64,000 nt of DNA from a virus. Position numbers and translations under genes: made by a program. Position 1 is the first letter of the stretch. The number at the start of each line of letters is the position of its first letter. The notes under the pieces were generated by a model. The model was not told the origin of the DNA. It searched no databases and saw only the letters and a list, made by a program, of their open reading frames with translations. The stretch is taken from IMG/VR virus record IMGVR_UViG_3300023109_003296, positions 1-64,000 of that record; one strand, given 5' to 3'. Below, piece by piece: positions 17,768 through 27,889 of this stretch.

Positions 17768-20198
17768 CACCTTTTATGAATATTTCTTCGTTTTTATTCT
17801 TAGAAAGAACAAACTTTGATACTGGAACTTTAACTTCCTTTCTTATGAAGTTTTTAATGTCTCTGGCGTGAAGTTTTTCAAGCTTGATTTGCTTGAAAAT
17901 GAAATTAATTGTTTCTTTTTTGAAGTTAAATTTAATTTTTTTAGAGTTTTGTAGGTTGTTTTTAATTTTATTTAGTTCATGCTCGATTATAAGTTTGAAC
18001 TCAACCTCAGATAGGTCTTCAAAAACAAAGATGTCACTTATTCTTGCAACTAGCTCTGGTTTAAGTTGCTTTTTTATTGAGTCATTATAAGAAGAAACCT
18101 TATCTTCATTATCATTAATAAAACCCATGCTCTTCTTGCTTGCTTCTTTATGACCTATATTGCTAGTAAGTATAACTATAGAGTTAGAGAAGCTAACCTT
18201 TTTGTTCTTGTTGTCTTCAACATAACCCTCATCTAAGATATGAAGCAAAATATTAAGAATGTCTGGACTCGCCTTCTCTATTTCGTCAAAAAGAACTACA
18301 GAGTTTGGATTCTCACTTAAAAACTTAGTAAGCATACCTCCTTCTTCATAGCCAACATACCCAGCATTAGAGCCAATTAGCTTGCTCATACCAGTCTTGT
18401 CTTGAAGCTCGCTCATATTCACTTGTAGTATAGCCTTCTCGTTTCCAAAAAAGTGCTTCGCTATCTTCTTTGCTGTGTATGTTTTGCCGACACTTGTAGG
18501 GCCAACAAAAAACATACTAGCTAAAGGCTTGTCTGAATCAATCAAGCCAGCCTTGGCGCAGGATAGAGAATTGTTTATTTCATTCAATATTTTATCTTGA
18601 CCAAAAACTTCTTTAGACATTCTTCCCAAGAAAGAACTAAAACCCTTGGAAGAATTTTTAACTTGATCTAAAGAAATACCACTCTGCTCTGAAATGATTT
18701 CGTTGATATCATCCCTCTTAATTCTTATTGTTTCGCTATCGCAAGGTTCAAAAACAGTTCTAACCGTCTCAATTACATCTTTAAATTTAGATCTTACTTC
18801 GTCCTCAGACAAAGATCCGTCAAGCATAGATTCTATGAATTTCTTCTGAGGCAGAAGAATCTCCTTGCTCTTCTTACTGTTTCTTATTTTAACTCTAGCA
18901 CCCGCTTGATCTAGTATATCAAAAGCTTTGTCTGGGAATTTTTTGTTCTTTAATAAGAGGTCAGACGAATCTACTATGTAATCAATAATGGGCTTGCTAA
19001 ATTTAACATTATGAAATTTTTCATATTTAGACTTACAGTTATACAGTATACTTTTGGTATCTTCTTTTGATGGCTCTTCAATTTCTATTTCAAAAAACCT
19101 TCTTTTCATTGCTGCATCCTTATTAAATATTTTTAAATATTCTTCTTTGGTTGTAGAACCTATGCATTTTATATCCCCTCTAGCCAATAATGGTTTCAAC
19201 ATGTTTACAGCATCAAGGCCCCCTTCTTGATTACTACCAGCACCAAATAATGTATGAATTTCATCAAAGAACAAAATTATCCCTGGGTTTTTCTTAGCTT
19301 CATCTAAAATTGATTTGAACCTTTGCTCAAACTGACCTCTGTATTGAGTGCCAGCTAATATAGAGCCCAGATCTACGCTAAGTATTTCGACACCAATCAA
19401 ACTAGAAGGCACTTCTAACTTGCATATTTTAGATGCTAAAGCCTCAACCACGGAAGTTTTACCGACACCAGCATCACCAGTTAGTATTGCGTTACATTTG
19501 TTTTTCTTTGAAATGGTTTCTATCAAAGATGATATTTCTTCGTCTCTGCCATGAACCTCAGGAAGTTTATCATCATAAAATAATTCATTCAAACTAGTCG
19601 CAAAATCTGGCAGAGGATTCTGAGAAAAGCCTGTGGTTTCTCTTTCTTGTTTTTCTTGAGCGTCAGAAATAAACTCTAGATTGCTTATGTAGTCATCCAC
19701 AAAGCTTGGTAACGATGTCGAATCTTCTCCAGCGAGGAAAATAAGCATCTCCTCTTTAAACATCTCAAAATCTACAATAGAATCTTCAAATAAGCCTAAG
19801 ACGTAAGGAGATTTTTCTATAACTGCAGAAAATATATGTTCTATTCCAATATAGTACTGTTCTAAACTGTTAGAGAGCCTGTTGGCTTCTTTAATTACAG
19901 TTAGAACTTCTTTATGCCAAGGGTCTGAGTTTGTGTTAGAAAAAAACTTGTCCTTATTTTTATCTTCAGCTTCTTCAAGGGCATCTAAAACATCCTGTTC
20001 TTTGATTGCTACCCCATTTCTAAGAAGAAACTGTTTAAATTTTGGACAGGAGTTTTTTATACAGCCATAAAAAACATGTAGATTATTAACGTTATTGTGT
20101 TTCAGCTTCTTAGAAAGCCTATAGGCTTCTTCGTAAGCTTTTTTAGCTCTTGGTGTTAAGTTAAACTCTTTAAATATCACATTATTATATACACTCAT
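17742..20198 (-). CDS. clpC: ClpC/ClpA-type Hsp100 AAA+ chaperone
   Basis: Two Clp-N repeats (NLHVFYG, GIEHIF), NBD1 GDAGVGKT/FFDEIH, NBD2 GPTSVGKT/LFDEIEKA, GYVGYEEGG, SMGF loop. Confidence 0.9.
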   Translation of the reverse strand: MSVYNNVIFKEFNLTPRAKKAYEEAYRLSKKLKHNNVNNLHVFYGCIKNSCPKFKQFLLRNGVAIKEQDVLDALEEAEDKNKDKFFSNTNSDPWHKEVLTVIKEANRLSNSLEQYYIGIEHIFSAVIEKSPYVLGLFEDSIVDFEMFKEEMLIFLAGEDSTSLPSFVDDYISNLEFISDAQEKQERETTGFSQNPLPDFATSLNELFYDDKLPEVHGRDEEISSLIETISKKNKCNAILTGDAGVGKTSVVEALASKICKLEVPSSLIGVEILSVDLGSILAGTQYRGQFEQRFKSILDEAKKNPGIILFFDEIHTLFGAGSNQEGGLDAVNMLKPLLARGDIKCIGSTTKEEYLKIFNKDAAMKRRFFEIEIEEPSKEDTKSILYNCKSKYEKFHNVKFSKPIIDYIVDSSDLLLKNKKFPDKAFDILDQAGARVKIRNSKKSKEILLPQKKFIESMLDGSLSEDEVRSKFKDVIETVRTVFEPCDSETIRIKRDDINEIISEQSGISLDQVKNSSKGFSSFLGRMSKEVFGQDKILNEINNSLSCAKAGLIDSDKPLASMFFVGPTSVGKTYTAKKIAKHFFGNEKAILQVNMSELQDKTGMSKLIGSNAGYVGYEEGGMLTKFLSENPNSVVLFDEIEKASPDILNILLHILDEGYVEDNKNKKVSFSNSIVILTSNIGHKEASKKSMGFINDNEDKVSSYNDSIKKQLKPELVARISDIFVFEDLSEVEFKLIIEHELNKIKNNLQNSKKIKFNFKKETINFIFKQIKLEKLHARDIKNFIRKEVKVPVSKFVLSKNKNEEIFIKGVDNKINVY

Positions 20199-22738
20199 TT
20201 TAATTCAGAAAGTTTCATGTAGATTTTTTCTTCTATAGTCTCTATCTTGTCGACAAAAACTATATCGTCACCAGCACTACCAACTATTATGGCAATGCTG
20301 CCCTTCTTAGGTAACTTTTTACCAGAGTTTAGGTATTCTGTCAACCTTTCTTCTCTATCTGAGTCTAAAAATAATCCACACACAGGACCCAACTCATCTT
20401 GCATTTCAATTCTTGCATAATTATTATTGTTTCTGCTCTTTCTTTTTATTATATCTGTCACTTCGCCAACAAACTTCACACGCTTCCTTTCTTGAGCATT
20501 TCTGACCTCTTCTGATGTATTGAACGAAGGTTCATCTCCGCTTGTGAATATCTGCCTGATGTTATAAGAATAACTATAACCAAGAAGTTTTGTTTCAAAA
20601 TACCAGTTAGCAAACTTTATATGACTAGAGTTTTGCTCATATATTTTCTTGTATGGTTCATACTTTTTCTTGAATGTATTAAATCTTCTATCTGGAAACA
20701 AGATTCTACCATCATCAGCTGGTGAATTTTCACTTCTGCAAGAATGAATTGTGTTGAGGACATCATAATTAAACTTTTCACCAAGCTCTATAATATTCCT
20801 TTTCTCCCTGTCTGTAAGTGAATTGAATGCCTGAGCCTCTAAAACTAACCTGCATCGATCATGAGTAACAAAAGAATCAAGAAGTCCAGCCTGAATAAAA
20901 GCTGACATTGCGCCAATATTAACACCACAATCTTTTGCAGCAATAAATACATCGTACTTGTTTTCAAAAGATGATTCTCTGAAATTAATAAGGGACTCTA
21001 TGACCTTATCGGAAACCCCTTTAATAGAATTAAGTCCGTATCGAATATTCTTGCCTTCAATTTTAAAATCAAAATCAGAGAGGTTTAGATCTGGAGGCAA
21101 AAGCTTAATGCTAAAGAAGGGTAACTCTTGAGAAATCTTAGCTATTTCTTCATGAGAATTAGGCTCAAATCTAGACATCTTAAGCAAACTCAAGAAGAAC
21201 TCTTGTGGATAATTAAATTTAAGGTAGACCGTAATAGCTGCTAAGTAAGCGTAAGAGATACTGTGAGACTTGTTGAATGAATAGTTAGCCGAGTCTTCCG
21301 CAACTTTCCATAAAACTTCTCCAATAACAGGGTCTAAATTCTTTTCTTTAATTTTATCTTCGATCTTAGCTTTCCATGCTGGCATGTCTTCGACCTTCTT
21401 CTTCCCCACGATGCGCCTCAACTGCTCTGACTCGTCCAAGCTAAAGCCAACCTTAACAGCCATCTTCATCAACTGCTCTTGATAAAGCGGAATACCTCCA
21501 GTATAACTAAGTATGTCGTCAAAGAACTCATGCACAGATTGGAAGTCTCCTGTTCTGGCATAATCAGCATACCTATCTTTAAAGTCTAAAGCTCCTGGAC
21601 GAGCGATAGCTACAACAGCGGATAGTTCCTCCAAGCTTTTAGGTGATATTTGTTTGCAAACCTTGAAATTTGTATCAGCCTCAATCTGAAATAACCCTTT
21701 GGGTTGTTGTAGGCAAGCTAACGCCGCATAGATGCTTTCGTCTCCAGGGTCAATCTCAGAGGCTTTGATGCCAATTTGATTACATGTATCATTAACAACA
21801 GAGAGCGTCCTCAAACCAAGGATATCGAACTTAACGCTAAGACTAGCAACATCATCCATATCGTAACCAGAAACTAAAGCTCCATCATTGGTCTTTTGCA
21901 AGGGCATGATATCTCCTTGACTGAAGTAACTGATTGATATACCAGAAGGGTGAACGCCAGTGTTCTTAATTAATCCTTCTAGTTTTTTTGCAATTTTATA
22001 TGATTTTTTATGTTGATCTGCAAACTTTTTGAAAGATTCGCTTTCTTCATAAGCCACATCAAGCTTTGCAACCTTGCCAAAATGTTTAGGTATAGTATCA
22101 CTAATTTGATTTACATCAACTTCAGACAACTCACCCACGATCTTACCACACTCCTTCATGCAGAGCTTAGAACTAAGCGTGTTAAGAGTTAGGATTTTGG
22201 ATGTTTTACCTTCGTATTTATCTTCAATATACTTAATAACTTCAGCCCTCCTATCATAAGAGATGTCGTTATCAATATCAGCAAGTAAAGAGCCGTCAAG
22301 GAGTACTTCACCATCATGAATAATTTTTCTTGCCCTGCTCTTTGAGACGAATCTTTCGAAGAATAGTTCATATTTAATTGGGTCAATGTTTGTTACACTT
22401 AAAAGGAAAAGGACCAAGCTACCAGCCGCACTTCCTCTTCCAGCGCCAGTTGGAATCTCATTAACTTTACAAAAGTTCATTATGTCCCAGTTGAGTAGTA
22501 TATAATCAACGAAACCAAGATCATCCAAAATGTCAATCTCCATCTGGGTACGGTCATAATAATCTTTTCTGTTGTCAGCTTTAATTAAACCTTTATCTCT
22601 AAGACCTTGTCGGCACAGCTGTTTAAGGATGTCTAACGAAGAAGCACCAGGATTCAATCCTAGATCACGGAGCTTTGAGTCGGGGACGCTAATCTCTGGG
22701 AGTTTAACTCCTACAGGAAATGGGGTTTTATATCTCAT
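20195..22738 (-). CDS. dnaE: DNA polymerase III alpha catalytic core (lacks PHP domain)
   Basis: GRGSAAGSLV, LFFERF, DIDND, GVHPSG, KFDILGL, YQEQLM, YSFNKSHS, C-terminal OB fold. Confidence 0.93.
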   Translation of the reverse strand: MRYKTPFPVGVKLPEISVPDSKLRDLGLNPGASSLDILKQLCRQGLRDKGLIKADNRKDYYDRTQMEIDILDDLGFVDYILLNWDIMNFCKVNEIPTGAGRGSAAGSLVLFLLSVTNIDPIKYELFFERFVSKSRARKIIHDGEVLLDGSLLADIDNDISYDRRAEVIKYIEDKYEGKTSKILTLNTLSSKLCMKECGKIVGELSEVDVNQISDTIPKHFGKVAKLDVAYEESESFKKFADQHKKSYKIAKKLEGLIKNTGVHPSGISISYFSQGDIMPLQKTNDGALVSGYDMDDVASLSVKFDILGLRTLSVVNDTCNQIGIKASEIDPGDESIYAALACLQQPKGLFQIEADTNFKVCKQISPKSLEELSAVVAIARPGALDFKDRYADYARTGDFQSVHEFFDDILSYTGGIPLYQEQLMKMAVKVGFSLDESEQLRRIVGKKKVEDMPAWKAKIEDKIKEKNLDPVIGEVLWKVAEDSANYSFNKSHSISYAYLAAITVYLKFNYPQEFFLSLLKMSRFEPNSHEEIAKISQELPFFSIKLLPPDLNLSDFDFKIEGKNIRYGLNSIKGVSDKVIESLINFRESSFENKYDVFIAAKDCGVNIGAMSAFIQAGLLDSFVTHDRCRLVLEAQAFNSLTDREKRNIIELGEKFNYDVLNTIHSCRSENSPADDGRILFPDRRFNTFKKKYEPYKKIYEQNSSHIKFANWYFETKLLGYSYSYNIRQIFTSGDEPSFNTSEEVRNAQERKRVKFVGEVTDIIKRKSRNNNNYARIEMQDELGPVCGLFLDSDREERLTEYLNSGKKLPKKGSIAIIVGSAGDDIVFVDKIETIEEKIYMKLSELK

Positions 22739-23367
22739 AGTTCTATGTCGTAAAGTTGTTTGTGGAATATTTCGAAATTCATTTCTATATCGTAAAGAGC
22801 ATCATGCAACCTTTTAGCGTCGAAGTCAATCTCATACTTTTTAAGTAGGGTTAATTGGGATGTTTTAAGACCTCTCTCTCTATAGTTGAGCCATCTATAC
22901 TGCCAATAGATAAAATCATGATTGGGCACAGGAGACTCTTTGGCAATAGCTGTAGCTATAGCTTTTGTATCAATGATTCTATTAATATAATCTTGATGTA
23001 ACGGCTCTCCAATAAGTTTTCTCCAAACATCAATCATATAAACATCAAAACCCAAGAGATTTTGTCCTACTATTTTATAAGAGTCGTCATATAAATACTT
23101 TGAAAATTCATCCCAAACCTTCTTGGGGTCTTCAGCATTCTTCTCGTAGTGAGATTGGCTGAACCCAGTTATTCTTGCAGCGTCTTTTGATACGTTTAAA
23201 TCGTCCCAATATATAAGCTTATCATACTTCTTAATAATTTTATTGCCCTGCGCAACAATCCAAGCCGCTTGCCAGGGCTTAGATTTAACCAAATTCAAAC
23301 CTTCGGTTTCTGTATCAAAAATTATATACTTTTGATTTCTGTTGTATCTTAATAAGTCGTTGTTCAT
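22735..23367 (-). CDS. DEDDh 3'-5' exonuclease (DnaQ-like)
   Basis: FDTETEG, GQN..GFD, HDALYD. Confidence 0.88.
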   Translation of the reverse strand: MNNDLLRYNRNQKYIIFDTETEGLNLVKSKPWQAAWIVAQGNKIIKKYDKLIYWDDLNVSKDAARITGFSQSHYEKNAEDPKKVWDEFSKYLYDDSYKIVGQNLLGFDVYMIDVWRKLIGEPLHQDYINRIIDTKAIATAIAKESPVPNHDFIYWQYRWLNYRERGLKTSQLTLLKKYEIDFDAKRLHDALYDIEMNFEIFHKQLYDIEL

Positions 23368-24080
23368 TACTTGGTATTTTCTATGTATGATTCAAAACAA
23401 AACTCGTCACTAGAGAAGTGACTTAAGTTAGGGCACGACAATGTAGCTTGTCTGCCAAAGCTTCTATTACAAAGAATCTTGTATGTCTGAAGAGCTTCTA
23501 CATCTTCTTTGTTCTTATAGTATATAGACTTAACATGACTAATATCATAAGAGTCTTCCGCATACTCTAGAACTTTTTGACAAATAAGACGATCATAAGG
23601 TAAGTTGTTATTCTCAACCCAAAACCTAGGATTCAAACCATCAAGTTCAGGTATGCAGTTCTTAAGAAATAGATTGTTTTGGTGGATAAAACTATCATAG
23701 AAAGGAACGACAAAGCATAAAGAATCTTTGTCCCAAAAAGATTTGAGCTCCTCGTAAGTGATACGACCGTCGTTATCAACAAAAGCTTTGGAATATATCT
23801 TATTCATAAGCTTGCATCCGTTATCATCCAGAGCAAATACAACAGCCTTATGGTTCGAATCTTTACTGTCGATGTCATTACACATCGTAATTCTTAATCC
23901 ATATGTTAAATCTATATTGTTTTTAACACAGGCGTTAAAAGCCTTCATGAAGCTAGTGAGATTGTCCTCTACTAAAGTTAATGTTTTATAGTCTTTATCT
24001 TTACATATTTGAATGATATCATCAATACGCAAAATGCTTTTGCCTGTAGAGTAGGTTGACTTGAAAATAGGTTTCATCAC
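23367..24080 (-). CDS. Stand-alone, degenerate PHP domain of Pol III alpha
   Basis: KSTYSTGKSIL, LTLVEDN, YGLRI, ALDDNGCKLMNKIYS match the DnaE N-terminus without the metal-binding His residues. Confidence 0.75.
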   Translation of the reverse strand: MMKPIFKSTYSTGKSILRIDDIIQICKDKDYKTLTLVEDNLTSFMKAFNACVKNNIDLTYGLRITMCNDIDSKDSNHKAVVFALDDNGCKLMNKIYSKAFVDNDGRITYEELKSFWDKDSLCFVVPFYDSFIHQNNLFLKNCIPELDGLNPRFWVENNNLPYDRLICQKVLEYAEDSYDISHVKSIYYKNKEDVEALQTYKILCNRSFGRQATLSCPNLSHFSSDEFCFESYIENTK

Positions 24081-24086
24081 AACCTC

Positions 24087-24114
24087 ATTATATCATAGGT
24101 ATATAACCTGTCAA
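24087..24114 (-). promoter_or_regulatory. Sigma70-type promoter, probably leaderless
   Basis: TTGACA-16nt-TATAAT with TG extension, 6 nt before GTG 24080. Confidence 0.7.
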
Positions 24115-25136
24115 GAACAATGAGCAGGGCAACCAGCATAATATTTCATTTCATACGAACCTCCCTCTGGAACCATGTCCTCAGAAAACTCATCGTCAAA
24201 GCATGATCGGGAAAAGTTACCATCGGCATCTTTGATGTCATAATAAAAGAAATCAAACTTCATGCCACAGTGCCACATGGGTGTTCCATCCTTTTTAAGT
24301 TGACCCTTTTCTTTAGCAAAACCACATAAAAGTTTACAACTAAACGACCCATCTTCAGGAAAACCTTTGTATGCTGCCATGTTTTTTGTAGCCGAGTCTT
24401 CAGTAAAGTTGTCTAAATATTTTTGGATCTCTGTTAAGTGGTGTTCAAAGCCATGAAGATCATCTTCGTCTAACGGCTCCATTCTAACAATGCCGCTTTT
24501 CTTTACATCTGGTATCAAATCAAATTTGAGGAACAGAAATTCACTTTGTTTGTTTTCATACTCTGGAAAAAGATGCTTTACCGCCAAGCTATACATCAAG
24601 TCCTGCATATTGTCCTTAGCATCCTTACCCTTAAAGGTTTCCTTGCTTGTTTTAAAATCCCTGATTAAAGCATATTTTTTGTCCTTATACAAAAACAACT
24701 TGTCAATAAAACCTCTTATCTTGTACTTAACTGTACCATCATTAACGACAATGTGGAAATCTTTTTCCGAATGTTCTTCAGTGGGATCGTCATGAGTATC
24801 ACCGAAGAAGTCATACATTAAACCGTTAAGAGTCATCTCCTTCATCATCTTAACGTTCTCATCGTCGTTGACACCCTCTCTAATTGCGTGTTTCATTACG
24901 AGCCTCTCTATAGAGGGCACACTAAAAATATCAAGAGTTCTAATTATCTCATCAAAGTATTTTTTTCTTTTGGGTTCACCTAAAACTTCAAATATTAAAT
25001 GGCAAATAGAACCTCTTCTAGCTCCATCATTGCTGCGGTCTGGCAGCTTGAGTTTATACTTGCACCAATATAACCAAGAACAACTTTCAGCTGTCTTAAT
25101 CCTACTGGCGGATAATGTTGTTATTGGTTCACTCAT
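24111..25136 (-). CDS. PD-(D/E)XK Cas4/RecB-like exonuclease
   Basis: LSASRIK...C, GSICH..FE, RGFIDKL, IRDFKTSK, Q.LMYSLA, C-terminal Cys cluster. Confidence 0.82.
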   Translation of the reverse strand: MSEPITTLSASRIKTAESCSWLYWCKYKLKLPDRSNDGARRGSICHLIFEVLGEPKRKKYFDEIIRTLDIFSVPSIERLVMKHAIREGVNDDENVKMMKEMTLNGLMYDFFGDTHDDPTEEHSEKDFHIVVNDGTVKYKIRGFIDKLFLYKDKKYALIRDFKTSKETFKGKDAKDNMQDLMYSLAVKHLFPEYENKQSEFLFLKFDLIPDVKKSGIVRMEPLDEDDLHGFEHHLTEIQKYLDNFTEDSATKNMAAYKGFPEDGSFSCKLLCGFAKEKGQLKKDGTPMWHCGMKFDFFYYDIKDADGNFSRSCFDDEFSEDMVPEGGSYEMKYYAGCPAHCS

Positions 25137-26167
25137 AATTTTTTACATTTTTTTGCGTGTTCTTTCGAAAAGTTCTGGTTGTTTTTCGATACAAAACTTC
25201 TAATAAACTTCCTTTGTTTTGCGGATTCTGCTTCTTTTTTAGACCATGTTAATAAATCTGATCCAGCTTCATAAGCTTCCCCTAGATCATTAAAGCCTGT
25301 CGGGGGAGTTTTAATAGATAAAGCATCAAGATCAAAATAACTAGATAATTTTAAATAGTTTTTCACGGAAGCAATTAAACCTCTATTGACTTCAGAATTA
25401 AAGTCATTATTACCAGCTATAATTATTTTGCTTAATGTTTTGCCAGACAAATAAGAAATTATTGATGAGCTAACAGATAGACCAAAAATAACAAGGACAT
25501 TTTTAACACCTTGGTCGTAAAGAGCCATTGCATCCCCTATACTCTCGACGAGATAAACTTCTTTCTTTTCTGTAATGATGGAATCAATAGTTTCATTTTT
25601 ATTGGGTGTGTAAGCTGGGTATATCCAGTTGTTCTTCTTTCCTATGTGTTTCCATTTAGCACCATTGCCGTCATCCACCTTACGACCAGAAAATCCTATG
25701 ATCTGGCGATGCTCATTATAGATTGGGAAAACCATTCTTCTATACATGTTGCCAGAGCCAGCTAACCCCACCTTGAATAAGTTTTGGGTATCCTCTGATA
25801 TTTTTTTTCTTGAATAAAAATTATAATTAGGAAATAATTTTTCCAAAATAGATTCATCGTAAACTTTTTCCATTTCTATAAGTGTTGTAGGTTTGTATTC
25901 AGCAAGGCTGTCTGGTTCAGAATCTAAAGATTTTAAAGTTTTTTTTAGTTTGTCTGGTTGGCCTTTTAAGGTAAGTTGAACTAGGTGTTTCAATGGTTTA
26001 TGTCCGCTTTCAGCAACATAGTCAGTCCACACACCTGTATCTTTATATATCTGTATTGCTGTAGAGTTGTCTCCATCTCTATAAACGGCACTAGTCCTCC
26101 AGTGGTTGCCACAGTCAACCAATTTATAGCCAAGCTCTTCTAGGATTTGTTTATACATATCAGACAT
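25133..26167 (-). CDS. dnaG: DnaG-like primase (TOPRIM)
   Basis: RMVFPI.N...IIGFSGR, KW, LVESIGDAMAL, NDLGE; next to the helicase. Confidence 0.8.
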   Translation of the reverse strand: MSDMYKQILEELGYKLVDCGNHWRTSAVYRDGDNSTAIQIYKDTGVWTDYVAESGHKPLKHLVQLTLKGQPDKLKKTLKSLDSEPDSLAEYKPTTLIEMEKVYDESILEKLFPNYNFYSRKKISEDTQNLFKVGLAGSGNMYRRMVFPIYNEHRQIIGFSGRKVDDGNGAKWKHIGKKNNWIYPAYTPNKNETIDSIITEKKEVYLVESIGDAMALYDQGVKNVLVIFGLSVSSSIISYLSGKTLSKIIIAGNNDFNSEVNRGLIASVKNYLKLSSYFDLDALSIKTPPTGFNDLGEAYEAGSDLLTWSKKEAESAKQRKFIRSFVSKNNQNFSKEHAKKCKKL

Positions 26168-27674
26168 TTTCAAAGTTCGGAAGTGCATCTACTGGTGACT
26201 CATCTATATCGCCACCTCCTTCTAGAGATCTGGCTATGTCACGAAGATCGCCACGCTCAGTAATATTAAAGTTTTTAAATTCAAGGTTAACAGAATTCTT
26301 TCTAAGGGCATCTCCTATTTGGACAGGCTCCAACGCTCCAGCTACATCTTTACCAAGGTGCCTCGACTTAATGTTAATTAACTTGTGAGTTCCAAACCTA
26401 CCGCCTTCGACCTCAATTTCATCAGCGGTCTTGTTTCTGAGAATAAACATGTGAGAACAAAACTGAATGATTCTATCAGATAGGGAAACAATGCTTTCAT
26501 CATCAACAATGTTTTGGGCGTTTCTGTTGTTAGTGATTCCATATCTGTTTGATTGGACAGAAGTAATCATTGGTATGATGGGCTCTCCATCGTGAAGAAT
26601 TTCTTTTTGAACGCACTTCTTGAATTTATCAACCATCTCTCCGACAATCTGCCATTCGTTCTTGTTGTCAGAAGCTTCGCTTGTGGTCTTAATATAATCA
26701 AAAGAAAATATCATAGGGTTTCCTCTGCCAACTTTAGAATAATAAAACCTCTTCAAAGTATTAACCATAGAATCAACATCCATACCTCCGACATTGTAAT
26801 AATAAAACTCCAAGTTTTTAACCTTCTCCCAAGTCGCCCTAACTTTAGCAACAACATCTTCTCCAGCTTGCCTCCACTTACCGCTTTCTAATAAGTGAGA
26901 TGATATGCCAGAAATAGAAGCACACTGCCTCATGATGAGTTCTTCTTTACTCATCTCTCCATTATCAAAGTGCAAAACAGGGACGTTATATACAGAAGCT
27001 ACTTGTGTTGCATAGTGCATACAGAACTGAGTTTTACCGACACCAGATCTAGCCACAACAACAGTAATATTTCCTGGTCTTAAGATGGAGCCATACATAT
27101 CATTAACCTTTTTATGAGGACCCATCATACCAAATTCTTCAATAGGATTATTTCCCCTATCTTCGATAATGAACTCCATGTCATCATAAATATTGACAGG
27201 TTCATCCTCACCTATCTCGTATAGATTTATTCTAGAATTATAAACATGATCCGCTTTCTCTATAATCTCATGATATGTTGTTTCTGGAGAAATAGATTTC
27301 ATCTGCTTCGCCATGTCTTGAGCGGCTTTATAGATGCCCCTCCTTACAGATATCTTCTTTAGCTCTCTAGCTGTTTTTAGAAGGTTGCCTTTAGGCACTT
27401 TTCGCAACGCCAGAGACTTAATATAATCAGATGGGTTAAGCTTGTCCTCAAAAGACAAACCTATGCTAGATATTCTTTGAGCAATGATAACCTCATCGAT
27501 GGCCTCACTAGATTCTATAGCTTGCTTGATTACAGTAAAGATAGTCTTGTGAAGATTCGATTCCTCCGAATAAAAATCATCATGATCTATAAAGTTTGCT
27601 ATCTCACAAAAAAGATCTGGCTCTTTTATTAAAGCAGCTAACAGTTGCTTCTCTAATTCTAAATTATAAATCAT
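26160..27674 (-). CDS. dnaB: Replicative DnaB-like helicase
   Basis: LEKQLLAAL N-domain, ARSGVGKT, EMS.EEL..R, FDYIK, VQSNR, KSRH. Confidence 0.9.
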   Translation of the reverse strand: MIYNLELEKQLLAALIKEPDLFCEIANFIDHDDFYSEESNLHKTIFTVIKQAIESSEAIDEVIIAQRISSIGLSFEDKLNPSDYIKSLALRKVPKGNLLKTARELKKISVRRGIYKAAQDMAKQMKSISPETTYHEIIEKADHVYNSRINLYEIGEDEPVNIYDDMEFIIEDRGNNPIEEFGMMGPHKKVNDMYGSILRPGNITVVVARSGVGKTQFCMHYATQVASVYNVPVLHFDNGEMSKEELIMRQCASISGISSHLLESGKWRQAGEDVVAKVRATWEKVKNLEFYYYNVGGMDVDSMVNTLKRFYYSKVGRGNPMIFSFDYIKTTSEASDNKNEWQIVGEMVDKFKKCVQKEILHDGEPIIPMITSVQSNRYGITNNRNAQNIVDDESIVSLSDRIIQFCSHMFILRNKTADEIEVEGGRFGTHKLINIKSRHLGKDVAGALEPVQIGDALRKNSVNLEFKNFNITERGDLRDIARSLEGGGDIDESPVDALPNFENV

Positions 27675-27889
27675 GTTACGTCTTCTAATTTTTGGAGGTA
27701 AGATTCAATGGTTTTGATAAGACCCATTTCAATCAGATGGCTTTCGCACTTGTTGTGTATAATTGGGTATCCTTTTTCATTCGAATAAACCAGAACAAAA
27801 CCCTTATACTTGTCAGCAGAACCAGTTAGTTCATACAGCTTGTCTAAGAAGTTTTCTGGTATCGAAAATTCTATATCGTCATTACTCAT
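27671..27889 (-). CDS. Hypothetical protein
   Basis: 72-aa ORF with ATGA overlaps on both sides. Confidence 0.7.
   Translation of the reverse strand: MSNDDIEFSIPENFLDKLYELTGSADKYKGFVLVYSNEKGYPIIHNKCESHLIEMGLIKTIESYLQKLEDVT

Noticed and set aside
20195-24080. Split intein or introns in the polymerase
   Set aside because: No intein terminal motifs or homing endonuclease; the ORFs abut directly.
24111-25136. Cas4-like nuclease as sign of a CRISPR system
   Set aside because: No repeat-spacer array or other cas genes; solo Cas4-like nucleases are common in phage replication modules.
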